DNA from: Phoronis australis
Taxonomy: Eukaryota; Animalia; Phoronida
Direction: 5' to 3'
NCBI GenBank assembly: GCA_002633005.1
Contig: NMRA01000178.1
Location: 7,395 to 71,394, forward strand
Length of the DNA: 64,000 bases
Below the pieces are notes generated by a model. That model did not search any database, was not told the origin of the DNA, and saw nothing but the letters and a program-made list of their open reading frames with translations. The translations under genes were made by a program, and so were the position numbers. Every line of letters begins with the position of its first letter. Positions within the stretch are counted from its first letter, which is position 1. This document shows, in pieces, positions 51,311 to 64,000 of the stretch.

Positions 51311-51622
51311 AGGGGCGGATCCAGGATTTTGAGTTAGGGGGGCCAGGGCACAGGGATAACCAGAATTTCGTCACATGCGCGCGCCCAGCCTAAAATGTAG
51401 GGGTGCAAAGGTCTCGAATTTTTGGGTTTGTGCCTTATTACTAAAAAATGATGACAGGGATTTGTTCAAGGCCCATGAATTGTGCATTCGCCCCCCCGAG
51501 CCCCCCTGGTTGCGTGCATATACTAGTCAGCAATTCGCACCCCGAACTTCCAAATGGTATCTGGGAGAATTTTAGGTGTGGCCATCGCCCCCTTGTCCCC
51601 CCTCTGCCAAAATCCGCCACTG
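51311..51622. mobile_element. Short hAT-like TIR element containing a nested CATG-ended MITE (about 51373-51520)
   Basis: AGGGGCGGATCCAGGATTTT ... AAAATCCGCCACTG interrupts aattaccttcattaac, which is intact at about 7164 and 30219. Confidence 0.65.
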
Positions 51623-51750
51623 TTCATTAACCTGTTGCAGTACCTAGGCAACTGTTTTCACCTTTTTGAACAATACGGAAGAAACGAACTCATACCGTGT
51701 TATTACCGTAGTGGGTAGTATTCCACGGCTGTACCTACGTTATGCGAATA

Positions 51751-51771
51751 AGCGAAAGTGAAACCGAAACT
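51751..51771 (+). promoter_or_regulatory. Tandem IRF/ISRE-like element upstream of gene D
   Basis: AGCGAAAGTGAAACCGAAACT; the triple GAAA core is unchanged while the flanks have diverged. Confidence 0.6.
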
Positions 51772-52244
51772 CCGCTGTGTCGTGAGAACGACACATGCTT
51801 GTGCAAATGAATTTCATTAACGACAAAAAACATTAGAACTGCTTTAGAAGAAATTCACTTCTTATGTTTCGGAGGCGGTAGTGACCCTACATACTGATCG
51901 CGTACAAATTGCGTGACAAGAACAATCATTCTTTCTCGTGTTTTCTCAGGTGTGATGTAACACTTGTAGATCTGCGGTAATTGTCGCACTATGCTACACA
52001 GTCACGATTATGTTTGCCGTATGCAATACATGTAGGGATATGTCAGTGGTTATTTTTTACGAGTCGTTTCACAACCTGCCAAACTATGACCAGTAACAAT
52101 TATCAGCACTAAGCTTCATCCAGCTTTTACAGAGACCACGTTTGTACAGGTATAAAGGCCACGTTTGTACAAAGACCTCAACAATCAATATTGCACTCAT
52201 TGCTGGGCTCAGCTTTTTAGTGGCCCGGGTTAGTCAGCTTCTCT

Positions 52245-52254
52245 GGGTTTTCCC
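52245..52254 (+). promoter_or_regulatory. kappaB-like site upstream of gene D
   Basis: GGGTTTTCCC at the position paralogous to 7846, with TTAGTCA just upstream. Confidence 0.4.
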
Positions 52255-53963
52255 CGCGCCATACGAAAAACGAAAAACCCATGTCCAAGAGCCCGCTTGA
52301 CTCGTCAGTCATCAGTGATTTTCAAACGAAGTTGAATTTCATCTTTGGAGGTAGGATGAATCAGGTCTTCTAAACAGACTTTACGACAAGCATAACATGT
52401 ATTTTTGGACTGCTTGTTACATAGAACTGGTCTCAAGTTGTCCAGACTCAGAGTTGAAGTGATTTCAGCTTTTTGGGCTGAATCAGTTTTGAATTTGGAA
52501 ATCTAAATTTGAGTTGGTTTGTGCCTTTTAATTTCCGCTACAGGTGACGTTCTGCTCTGTTCATGTTTCGTACATAATACTAATAACCCAATCGTGTTAT
52601 CACTCGGCGGTCGTTTACGGGTTAGTGAGAAACGAGGTCAATCGAGTAGCCAGGAAAGAACTACGAAAGATTTGTGATATGATTTAATTAATAAGTCTCA
52701 TTGGACTATGAACATGTCCTTCTATTACCGTGCTGTTAATGCTATGCTTGTCACTATAATACATGAACGTGATTTCTTGGTCGACTGAAGGCTGATCACG
52801 CTGATAAAACATTGGAACGTATGAATCTCTCGACTACAGGTGAGGAACTACACCAGAGGGGTTTGAGTTGCAATCTAATCTCGAGTAGGTGATCAAGCAG
52901 TATGGATCTCGACAACAACTTGCAGATTTTTCAATTTCGTTTTACACGAAATGATATCAAGTCACAGGTCGCGCAAAATCTACGGCTGGCAAATAAAACG
53001 TAATTGATTGTTTTTGTTATCATTACGGACGACTAGTGAGCTGAAGCAAACTTTGTCATTTTCTTCTCTAAGCCGGGTACCGAGTATTTCACCATAACAC
53101 AGCGTTTTTGTTACTTCTGAAGCAACAGTGGCCGTTCATTCATTTTCTTCTTTGAAATAGGAAATAGGATATTTTTATATGTACAATGAAACTGGAAAGG
53201 TAAGTATACATTATTACGTGGCGATGTCGTTATCTGTCGTATTCCCGTTTTCTCTGTAGCAAATGTTTATTGAACGTGAGTGTCACTGAGTGTCATTGTA
53301 AAATTGTGTTTTATAGTTTCAAGGGTCCCGGTGGTCGCTAAAATATATTCGCGCATGCTCTGTCTGTAGTTTCCTATGCACAATTCGCGCATACCGAGTG
53401 TAATTTCAGTTGTAAAATTCTCACAAGTCCTGTATAATGTTTCCCTTGTACCATTCATGCATGATCTCTCTGTTATTCTCATTGTACCATTCGCGCATGC
53501 CCTTCCGTAGTCTCCCTTGCATCATTCTCTTATGCCCTTGTAGAGTTCAGTGGCTGGCTCGCGCCTAATAAAATCTATCCAAAATCATGTGTTCTCTTTT
53601 ATAATACACGGCAACATCTCACGTAATCTCGCGAAGTCTTGCTTTAGTATGGTTGTAGCGGGGGTTCTATTGCACTTTACCTTGTCTATAGTTTAGCTTT
53701 TACCGTTCGCGTATGTCTTATCTGTACACTCCATTCTCTCTATATTCCCCTGATGAAAAGTTGCATATGTGCGGAAGCTTTGTCATTTTCATTTGTACAT
53801 TCATTCTCAAGGTCCATTTTATACGATATTTTAGTTGAATTTGGATATGTTAAAAACTGCGTTTACATATTTATTTATACGAAAACAATGCAATAACTGC
53901 TGTATTAAATGACTCAATGAACAGTACTCGATCTCTTTGTACAGGACCTTTCACCAAGTGGCC

Positions 53964-56900
53964 ATGGAAGAACAACGGAGGCAGCATCAAATGCTCTTTA
54001 TGATAGTAGCCAACCACGTGCTCAGGCTGGATCTTGAGAGACTGAAGAACTACTGCAAGACTTGGATTGCGTAAGTTAATTTATTTTCTTTTTGCTCTAG
54101 GCCCATTTCTGCGCATGAGCTGAATTGTAAACCACCTGCTGCTACTCATTGAAATCATCGACAGACGCTGGTAGATCTTATTTAGCGACCAATATCCTAG
54201 GCTTGTTCGGGTTTACACTCTTTATGACTGCTAAGAACAGCAGCACTGTCAAGGGATAGTGAATCTGACTTCTTGTTGGTTAGCAGAAAGAACTAGAAGG
54301 ATTATTGTCACGGCGTGACAATAATGGACTCTGCGCGTGCGTATTACTGGAATTGTTAAGGGAAGTTACTGACACCAACCCTTTACCAATATGAAAATTA
54401 ATTCGTTAAAATTGTAGGCTAAATTACGTTAATATTTAGATGACCTTTCCACTAATTGACCTCTTCCGGTGCATTATGATCCAAGATGAGCGAATAATTG
54501 TAAACTCAATTAAAAGTGTGGTTAATGCTAAAAATCACAGATGTTTTACTTTAAGCACTTCAGAATACAAGATGAATGAATTGGTCAAACTTTCAGAAGA
54601 AAAATGCACCTAACGACCCCATGGTTGCACCAAATGACCTGAAAATTTAGAATTCAAACTCAATCGCACTTAGTAAACAGATACGTAATTCTGAAGTCTC
54701 TAGCTCAAAATTTTAGTTTGCACTCAATGACCTTTGACCTATTTTTTTGATTGGATAGGCTTATTGTAAAGTAAAGTAGGGTATCCAATTGTCATGTTGA
54801 CTTACACCAGTGTGCTGAAATTGAAAAGAATTCCTTGAAAAACGTAAGAGATATAACATTTTGAACGTTACGTGACCTTTGCACTAATTGACCTTATCCG
54901 GTGCATTTTAAGCATCTTTAGGAGAATTATTGCAAAGACCATGGAAAATGTGTTTAACGCTGAGAATCACAGTTGTCTAACGGTTGACACATCAGAATAC
55001 TCGCTGATTGAAAAGGTCAATTTTTCAGAAGAAAAATGCCCTTAATGACCCCATGTTTGCACTAAATGACTTGAAACTTTGGAATCCGATTTGGTTTACC
55101 TGTGGCAATCAGATCTGTCAATTTGAAGTGTCTAGCTCAAAATTTCAGTTTGTACCTAATGACTTTTGACCTATTTCACCTGATTGGATGACCCGATTAC
55201 TTAGAAAAGTAATTTTTTAAATTGCCTTATTGACTTGTACCTGTGCACCGAATTTAAAAAAGATAGCTATAAAACTGAAGGAGGAGTAGCATTTTGAAAA
55301 TTATATGACCGTTGCACCAAATGACCTCTTCCGGTGCAATATGGAATATGATTATATAACCAATCAAAATTTATATACTGTCAAAAGTCATATGCTGAAC
55401 TTAAAGACCGTACCTGCACCCAATTTGGAGTTATTAAGCCTCAAAGTTGGTCGGAAGAAGAATAAGAAGAATAAGAATAAGAACTAGAAAGGTTATTGTC
55501 ACGGCACGACAATAACGGACTCTGCGCGTGCGTATTACTGAAATTATTATGGGAAGTTACTGACAGCAACCCGGTTACCAATATGAAAAGGAATTCTTTA
55601 AAATTGTAGGAGAAATTACATATTAATTGTTTGATGACCTTTCCACTAATTGACCTCTTCCGGTGCATTATGAGCCCTGATGAGGGAGTAATTGCTAACT
55701 TGATTAAAAGTGTGGTTAATGCTAAAAATCACAGATATTTTACTTTAAGCACTTCAGAATACAAGATGAATGATTTGGTCAAACTTTCAGAAGAAAAATG
55801 CACCTAATGACCCCATAGGTGCACCAAATGACCTGAAAACTTAGAATTCAAACGCAATCGCACTTAGTAAACAGATATGTTATTTTGAAGTCTCTAGCTC
55901 AAAATTTAAGTTTGCACCCAATGACCTTTGACTTAATTTTTCTGATTGGTTAGGCCTATTGCGAAGTAAAGTAGGATATTTAATTGGCATGTTGACTTAC
56001 ACCAGTCTGCAGAAATTGAAAAGAATTCCTTGAAAAATGTGAGGGATATAACATTTTGAACGTTACATGACCTTTGCACTAATTGACTTTATCCGGTGCA
56101 TTTTAAGCATCTTAAGGTGAATTATTGCAAAGACCATGGAAAATGTGTTTAACGCTGAGAATCACAGTTGTCTAACGGTTGACTCATCAGAATACTTGCT
56201 GATTGAAAAGGTCAAATTTTCAGAAGAAAAATGCACCTAATTACCCCATGTTTGCATTAAATGACCTGAAACTTTGGATTCCGATTTGATTTACATGTGA
56301 CAAACAGACCTGTCAATTTGAGTTGTCTAGCTCAAAAGTTTAGTTTGCACCTAATGACCTTTGACCTATTTCACCTGATTGGATGACCCGATTACTTAAA
56401 AAAGTAATTTTTAAATTGTCATGTTGACTTATACCTGTGCACCGAATTTGAAAAAGATAGCTTTAAAACTGAAGGAGGAGTAGCATTTTGAAAATTATAT
56501 GACCTTTGCACCAAACGACCTCTTCCGGTGCAAAATGGAATATGATTATGTAACCAATCAAAATTAATATACTGTCAAAAGTAATATGCTGAATTTAAAG
56601 ACCATACCTGCACCCAATTTGGAGTTATTAAGCCTCAAATTTGGTCGGAAGAAGAATAAGAATAAGAATAAGAATAAGAAGAACTAGATAGATTATTGTC
56701 ACGGCACGACAATAACGGACTCTGCGCGTGCGTATTACTGGAATTATTATGGGAAGTTACTGACAGCAACCAGTTTACCAATATGAAAAGGAATTCTTTA
56801 AAATTGTAGGAGAAATTACATATTAATTTTTTGATGACCTTTCCACTAATTGATCTCTTCCGGTGCATTATGAGCCCCGACTAGGGAGTAATTGTTAACT

Positions 56901-59900
56901 CGATTAAAAGTGTGGTTATTGCTAATAATCACAGATGTTTTACCTTAAGCACTTCAGAATACAAGATGAATGAAGTGGTCAAACTTTCAGAAGAAAAATG
57001 CACCTAATGACCCCATGGGTGCACCAAATGACCTGAAAATTTAGAAATCAAACTCAATCGCACTTAGTAAACAGATACGCAATTATGAAATCTCTAGCTC
57101 AAAATTTTAGTTTGCACTCAATGACCTTTGACCTATTTTTTCTGATTGGTTTGGCCTATTGTGAAGTAAAGTAGGGTATTCAATTGGCATGTTGACTTAC
57201 ACTAGTGTGCTGAAATTGAAAAGAATTCCTTGAAAAACGCAAGAGATATAACATTTTGAACGTTACATGACCTTTGCACTAATTGACCTTACCCGGTGCA
57301 TTTTAAGCATTTTTAGGTGAATTATTGCAAAGCCTATGGAAAATGTGGTTAACGCTGAGAATCACAGTTGTCTAACGGTTGACACATGCACCTAATGACC
57401 TCATGTTTGCACTAAATGACCTGAAAATTTAGATTCTGATTTGATTTACCTGTGGCAATCAGACGTGTCAATTTGAAGTGTCTAGCTCAAAATTTTAGTT
57501 TGTACCTAATGACCTTTGACCTATTTCACCTGATTGGATGACCTCTTCCGGTGCAATATGGAATATGATTATGTAACCAATCAAAATTTATATACTGTCA
57601 AAAGTCATATGCTGAAATTAAAGACCGTACCTGCACCCAATTTGGAGTTATTAAGCCTCAAAGTTCGTCGGAAGAAGAATAAGAATAAGAATAAGAAGAA
57701 TAAAATTGAAGAAAACCCAGGAACAACAGTACTCTGCGCGTGTAAGCGCAGAGTAATAAGAATAAAATTGAAGAAAACCCAGGAACAACAGTACTCTGCG
57801 CTTACATGCGCAGAGTAATAAGAATAAGAATAAGAATAAAATTGAAGAAAACCCAGGAACAACAGTACTCTGCGCTTACACGCGCAGAGTAATAAGCGCT
57901 CGAACATTCCCATTGCAGGGCCGTAGGAAGCGGAGGGGCCGGGGAGCACGCCCCCCCCCCCCTCCCCCCCAAAAAAATCAAAATTTTCTAGCGTCAGGGA
58001 TAAACCGTGGCAACCGACATAGGCGTGGGGCCGGGGACAATAGAGAAAAGAAAGACTGCGAAATACGGATAAGACAGAAAATTCTAAGAGAACATTTAAC
58101 AACAGTGCATGATTTACCTTTTGAGGACCCTGGAAAGGACATTATTAGGGTCTCCGCTTTTGCAGCACAGGTCGTCTAAACGCACTTGAAAATGTGACAT
58201 AATCATTCATACTCGTACATATAGTTCCAAAATTCGAAAAAAATTGCAAAGCGAAGCTCTTGCGGAGCGTACTAAATTCAATAAGTCAGTTTTGCGAATA
58301 CAAAACTATATTTTTCCAGAGGCCCCTCTCTGGAAGGGATAACGGAGACAACATTCGTTTTTTGTCGAAACTGTATATCATTTGAGAAAAAATGATAATC
58401 TGACAGATTACATCAATTGTTGCACATTTCCTGATTTTCGAAAAACATATTTATATTTTCATATTTAGGGGCCCCGCCCTTGAAGGAGTGCATTCTATTT
58501 TGATGATAATCAAGTGGCCACCATTTTGTGTTTTTATTGACATTCTAAAGGAGCCACACACGGAGAGATGGCCTAAAGTTGGAATCGATTACCGCCATTT
58601 TGCTGCTTTTTGTGAAATCGTGCAACCAGCTTTCATGTTGAAGGTCACTTCCTGCATCGTTTTGTGACAACACGACGGTGGAATGAACTGTCACTCGTTT
58701 TCCAATCTTAGTGATGTTAGCCTTTCCTCTTAAGGAGTCCCATTTCAGACGGCGCCCTCTCTCGGTGAAGCAGTTCCGAGGAAATGTCCCTTTGTCCCTC
58801 ATATAAATTCGACACTGCCAAGTATTCACAAGGGAATTTGAGATTCGAAATTCATCAAAAAACACAAAACATTCCTGCCCAGCACAGCAATATCAAGACA
58901 TTTGACCCAAACGACCAAAAAATGTGAACAAAATACAATAGGGTTGACCGCCATCGAAATGATGGAAATTTGAAGAACGTGAAGGCTAGTATTTGTGAAT
59001 TGCACACAAGGACTATAATAATGTTACTGTTTCCCATAGTATCACAAGAATAGTATCTCTTTTGAAGCTGGATACCATGCGTGCACCCAGCCTAAGATAT
59101 AGGGGGGCTTGAATTTTTGAGAATGTGGACCTTTTACTGAAAAAACGGGGACTAAGAGAAAAAACGGGGTACTACGGTCAGAGCTATGAATTGAGCATTC
59201 CAGCCGAATTCCTGCCTTTTTGCCTTTTTGGTTGACTTTTGTCTCGGTTTTCTCCAACTTTTTCTGTCTCTGAGGCGGACCTTTTTGCCCACTTCACCAA
59301 ATGGGGGAGGGGCTCGTGCGAACCCCTCGAGCCCCCTGGGGGGCGTGCATGGTTACTATGATTTGTTTGTAAGAAATTTCCACTTGTGGAAAACACTGCT
59401 GTCAATGCCACTTTTTCTGATGACCGCGTACTCAAAGAACTCATGCAATCATAAACAATGATTTCAGAGTTTTTGTCAGTGGAGTTCAAATTTACCTCGT
59501 GAACCGTTAAAGGTACACGTACCTCTGAAATGAGCAAAAATACACCGTAATAAGAATGCCCTATCTCCCATGTTCCCCCGGTTACCCGTCAAGAACCTGC
59601 GAGCTTACTTATAACATTTTGTTTTGATAAACAAATTTGTTGGTTTCTATTACACCTGTTTATGTATCTACGAAAATCGATAGATTCATAGACGATTTTT
59701 GACAATCAGAAGCTAATCTTCTAAGAAATGATGATATTTCAGTAAATTAAGTTGCAGCCTGAAGTTGGAAAAACTGTGTAATCATATCCCCAAATAGTAA
59801 AGTACACTTAGAAGATTGTTGCATATCTAAAACAGTATTGATGAATTTCGGACTCAAAAGCCGTAGATCGAAAGAAGTTTTAAAAGACCTTAAAGAAGAA

Positions 59901-62397
59901 TGCCACCCGATTTAATTAGTCTTTTTTACTGTCTTAATCGGTCTATATCCACATCGCCTCTCACACGGTCGACCCCATCTTGCCGAGAGGTGTCGCGTTA
60001 ACCTGTGAGGAAGGTAAGAGACGACGCAGCGACGTCAGTGGTTCGTCTGCAGAGTGAAGGCCCCTATGTTGTGATTCATCGACGGTTCCCGCTTGTCCGA
60101 ACTATGAAGCTGCGAAGAAAGCGGGTATATCATTTCTTCGACTTCCTCTAGAGCCCGAAATGCTTAGGAAGTGGCTCGCCGTAGTGAAGAATGAAAGGTG
60201 CGCTGCTAATAGCAAGTATGAAACCGTGAAACATCTCCGTGTCTGTGGCCTGCTTTTCGTCGACAATGATTTCTCTGGCGATTCCGGCTTACCAAAGAAC
60301 TATCCATACGTTCCGTTGCCTGTGCATGTTCACGGCGCCTCTCTAGTATTTTTTGATCAGTGTATTCCGGTTCGAACTGATAGCCTGTGAAACCTAACGA
60401 TCGGACGCGTGAAGTCTTCGACGGATGAGCTTTTGACTAAGTCGGGATTGGCGCCGGGAGAGTAGCCATGTAGACGTTTATTACTCCGCGTTCTGTTTCA
60501 AAATGAATTATTCTCAACCTAACCAATGCTTATATAAAACTGAAACAAAGTCTGTCTCATTAAATACAATTTGTAATGCCTTTGCAGTATTCGTGAGTCC
60601 AAATGTTGAGAAGCCAGCAATGGCCACCGCGTTACCGGCTTTTGATGCCGGCAATAAAGGTAACTGACCGGGCACCAAGGCCGTGTGAGCGCATGCTAAT
60701 TCGGTGTTTGCTGACAGAAAGCTGTTGTGAAACAATCACTCGATTTTATATGCTATGGTCGCATGTTAGGGGAATCTTTATTTAGAAATACAAATACATT
60801 AGTAAAATCATTGTTACGGTACAACCTTTGCCCTGACGGTCTGTGGAAGGGGAACCCGAGTCACTTCCTAAGCATTTCGGGCTCTCGAGGAAGTCGAAAA
60901 AACGATATACCCGCTTTTTTCGCAGCTTTATAGTTCGGACAAGCGGAAACCGATGCACCGCAATATAGCGCATTCACTCAGCAGACGAACCACTGACGTC
61001 GCTGCGTCGCTTCTCACCTTCCTTACAGGTTAACGCGACACCTCTCGGCAAGGTGAGGTCGACCGTATAAGAGGCGATGTGGATATAGAACGATTAAGAC
61101 GGTAAAAAAGACTAATTAAATCGGGTGGCATTCTCCTTTAAGTTGTCACCAAAAAAGATGGCCGATGTCCTCAAATCAGTCTACGAGAGAACGGTGTGTA
61201 GTTCGCTCGCTAATATTTACCGAAAAAAGTCTGAATTCTCGACAATTGCTCCTAATCACAGTACATGTATGCAGGCCTAGTATCTCACTAGAAAAGCACG
61301 AGCTCGGAGAAATTTGCAAAATCACGAGAGTGTTTGTCGAGTATATGCTTTTTAAGCTTATTCTTGGAGTTAATGAAGCGATTGGTCGACGAAATTGCAG
61401 AGTTCAGACGAATAAGAGATTGAATGAAGTGATTTTGTGAAGACTTTTCACCGCGAGAGCAACCTACTTCCATGTGGTCTACGAAACTACCTTGAGTACA
61501 CCATTTTTAATTTACGAGCCCTGTGAAAGTAACGTCACCATCTAGATATGTAACGTTTTGTTTTGGAACCTACTGAGGGTCTTTGTTGTTTGGGCAGTTG
61601 AATGGAAATTATTTGCATACATTGTATGACCTAGGTCAAGGGTGACGCACGAGGTCATTTAAAAGAGGACTGTCTGTTGAATATTTGTGAGTGACGTTGT
61701 TTAACTACAGATTTCTGGAATTTGGGATAGTGAATATTTTTGAAGGCTACGCCAATAGCACAGTGGGTGTTTTTTCATAATCGAGTATGTTTGTTGTAAC
61801 AATTCCGAGGGTAGAACATTCAAATTTTCCTTGAAAAACTTTTTTTTAAAACTGTATAGTAAAGCCATGTAAAGTGTTGCGTGATCTTACGTTTTCGGGG
61901 TGCTCTAGCGTCCACAGAATACAGGCCTGATTCTAACGGACTATCCAAGTATTACAATTAGAAATGTGTGACATGGACGCCTCGGGCTTGGGGGTGGGGT
62001 GAGTTGGGAGCGTGCAAAGAGTGTGCCAGGGTGTCGAAAATGCTTACCGGGGACAATAAGAGGTATCGATGGGCGAGTGAAACTGGTGAATAGTGAGGAG
62101 GGGCCAAAAGTGACGGGGGAGATGTTTGTCACCCCATCCTCATTCGTGAAAATCCACACGCTGGGTCTATTTCAACTGGTCCGTTATTAACCTTTCTTAA
62201 CTTTGTTGTACAGGCCAGCTACACTCCAGAACATAACTACTACTGAAAATCTTCTCGACCAATTAGAGACACAAGCTGTTATTGGAGTCGGGAATTACGA
62301 GAAGCTGGTCAAAATGCTGGAGGTGCACGGACTGCTTGATTTGAAGGCAAGGGTGGAACAGCAGGCAATTATTGTGGGTAATGAGGACCTTCGGTGA
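53964..62397 (+). CDS. DED gene copy D: 96-aa DED-only reading, join(53964..54070,62214..62397). May instead splice at 62377 to exons beyond the window
   Basis: MEEQRRQHQMLFMIVANHVLRLDLERLKNYCKTWIA|PATLQNITTTENLLDQLETQAVIGVGNYEKLVKMLEVHGLLDLKARVEQQAIIVGNEDLR*. The phase-2 GT-AG intron is expanded to 8.1 kb by TE insertions. Donor G|GTAATG is retained at 62378. 63248-63342 matches unit B intron 19051-19147. Confidence 0.8.
54292..57895 (-). mobile_element. Head-to-tail trimer of a ~1.2-kb non-autonomous Helitron-like element
   Basis: Units start ACTAG at 54292, 55483 and 56683 (minus-strand 3' CTAG). Each is followed by the palindrome TTATTGTCACG-G-CGTGACAATAA, perfect in unit 1. Internal TGACCTTTG sub-repeats; (AAGAAT)n at the other end. 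Absent from the paralogous intron of B. Confidence 0.65.
57916..59860 (+). mobile_element. Copy of the CAGGGCCGTAGGAA repeat family, in the gene D intron
   Basis: Aligns with 27260-28910. Different flanks indicate an independent insertion. Right boundary approximate. Confidence 0.65.
59076..59351. mobile_element. Small MITE with CATGCG(T/C)GCAC-type TIRs and near-perfect 5-bp TSD
   Basis: gatac|CATGCGTGCACCCAG ... GGGGGCGTGCATG|gttac. Empty site gatggttactaag at about 28428. Related copies at about 6117-6363, 42525-42795 and 51373-51520. Confidence 0.7.
59894..61137 (+). mobile_element. Kolobok-like element with THAP relic and ~270-bp terminal inverted repeats
   Basis: ttaa|AGAAGAATGCCACCCGATTTAATTAG ... 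CTAATTAAATCGGGTGGCATTCTCCT|ttaa. THAP-like VPACPNYEAAKKAGISFLRLPLEPEMLRKWL...HLRVCGLLF at about 60085-60260. 59894-60170 is inverted at 60860-61137. Confidence 0.78.
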
Positions 62398-64000
62398 ACC
62401 TGCAGTGGTCACTAAAAGTCTCATTGGCACTCAACTGGCATACGGTTGACCAATGATTGTTTTCTGCAGGACAGTTTGATTGTCATCGAAATAAGTTTTT
62501 ATTAAGAGTGTGGACTATTTCATATGATTTTCGCAAAACTTTGAAACTCGGATGCAATGTATCAAATTTTTGGAATAATGAGACCTACAAGTCTAAGTAA
62601 TGATTGACTTTACTTTTTGTCAAGTAATTGTGTATTTATTCAGACTGCGTGACATTGATGTCATAACCCCTTTTGGTGGATTTATTTCAAAGCGTCTGTG
62701 TAGCCAGGTCGTCGTTTCATAAAAAGTGAACAGATTATAATATTTGAAGTGACGATGTGTTCTAAATGAGTTTCTTTCAGCCATATGCCACAGGAGTATG
62801 AGCTGACTAATCAACTTGAGCGCTCTACGCTGAGCGTTTTTATATTTTGGTACAGTCGCACTTTGAAACAAGTGACCACGTGGCTCAAAATGTTTAATTA
62901 ACAATTTAAAAGTCACTGAGCGAGTACCGGTCGGTTTCGAACATAACATAAATATTCGTTTTAATAAAACGACAATGAGATTTTATGATTAATGTTCACA
63001 ATCCTTTCGTTCGCTCCACGCCTTGTTTTCGCTTATTACCAATACAAAAACTTACTCTCCTATCGACTTGTGCTTACATGTACATTGTGTATGACCAGGA
63101 ATTTCAGAAGCGATATTCAAAACTTTTTCTAAAGCAAATCGGTCTACACGTACATGCGCACCGTGCCTGTTTCAGACGACGCAAGTGTCATCACGTTTCG
63201 GAGGCGATTGCTTCAGAAATTGCCCCAGAATTTTCCTCGTGCAATGTGGTCACTTGTGATTCCCTTGATTGGCTGGCTTCTTTACAACACGTCAGGTGAG
63301 AACTTTAAAAATCTCTCGCATCAACCACTCGTTCACTGTCCACCGGTCACGCAATGGTTGACGGGTGGGTTTGTACTGACACTTTTTTACGTGTACATAT
63401 TTAGAACATGGAGACTCAAAAGTGAGAGAAGATGATAAGACAACTGCAGGTGAGTTGAATGAACAACAACAAATGACGTGCGTAGTAAGTTACTTGCAAT
63501 CTGATCTTCCTAAATGAGCTACAACACGTCGTGTGCATGCGTTGTCATCAAGCAACTGTTTTCTTAAATGTCATCACCAATCAGCCAAGCTAAAACTTCA
63601 AGTAGAACACCTAAGGATACGTTTGTTGCGCCACAGTCCTCACAGACACGAGATGAGAAAGAAATGCTGTAGAGCGCAGTGCACCTTTAAAATCGTTAAT
63701 TTAAATACACATCGATCGTTTTCACATTTCTTATGGTAGAGAGCAATTCTCATGGTAAAAAGCGTCTGATTATTTTGATACCATTATTACAATGACATAG
63801 GTCTAACAAGTACCAAAGAGGTTCAGCCAAATGATCAAATGTAAATATGAAAGGAACGGTATATAACCACTTGCCGTTATGAAACTGGTATGTAATTGTT
63901 CCTTTGTCAAATTGCTTAAGGAACATGCAGGAAGTGGTTCAGATCTCTAAAGTTCACTTCTTGGACTGAACGCTGGGTTTACGGTGGCCTCAAAGATTCA

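Noticed and set aside
60160-60390. Host THAP-domain gene
   Set aside because: Lies within TTAA-flanked TIRs, the zinc-binding His position reads Leu, and the paralogous copy is frameshifted; a transposon relic.

Overview
Eukaryotic (animal, probably marine invertebrate) draft-assembly DNA: AT-rich, with spliceosomal introns, many transposons and three N gaps. The window is a tandem array of four paralogous units (A-D), each with a small spliced gene encoding a death effector domain (DED). In unit C four exons with canonical GT-AG sites (36096-36208, 37422-37585, 38204-38304, 38984-39226) join in one frame into a 206-aa protein with no signal peptide. It comprises a DED, a Pro/Thr/Ser linker and an anti-lipopolysaccharide-factor (ALF)-like domain with the C-x20-C cationic hairpin. 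Units A and B appear cut back to DED-only forms by an internal deletion or a donor mutation. Unit D keeps the donor, but any ALF exon would lie beyond the window. B, C and D share an upstream triple-GAAA IRF/ISRE-like element, and B and D also have kappaB-like sites. The hypothesis is an inducible cytosolic LPS-binding death-fold adaptor flanked by DED-only paralogues. The rest is TE material: 5-bp-TSD TIR elements, TTAA Kolobok-like elements with THAP relics, Gypsy, L1/Tx1 and Academ-like relics, a tandem Helitron-like trimer, MITEs and satellites. All calls are by eye; no searches were run.
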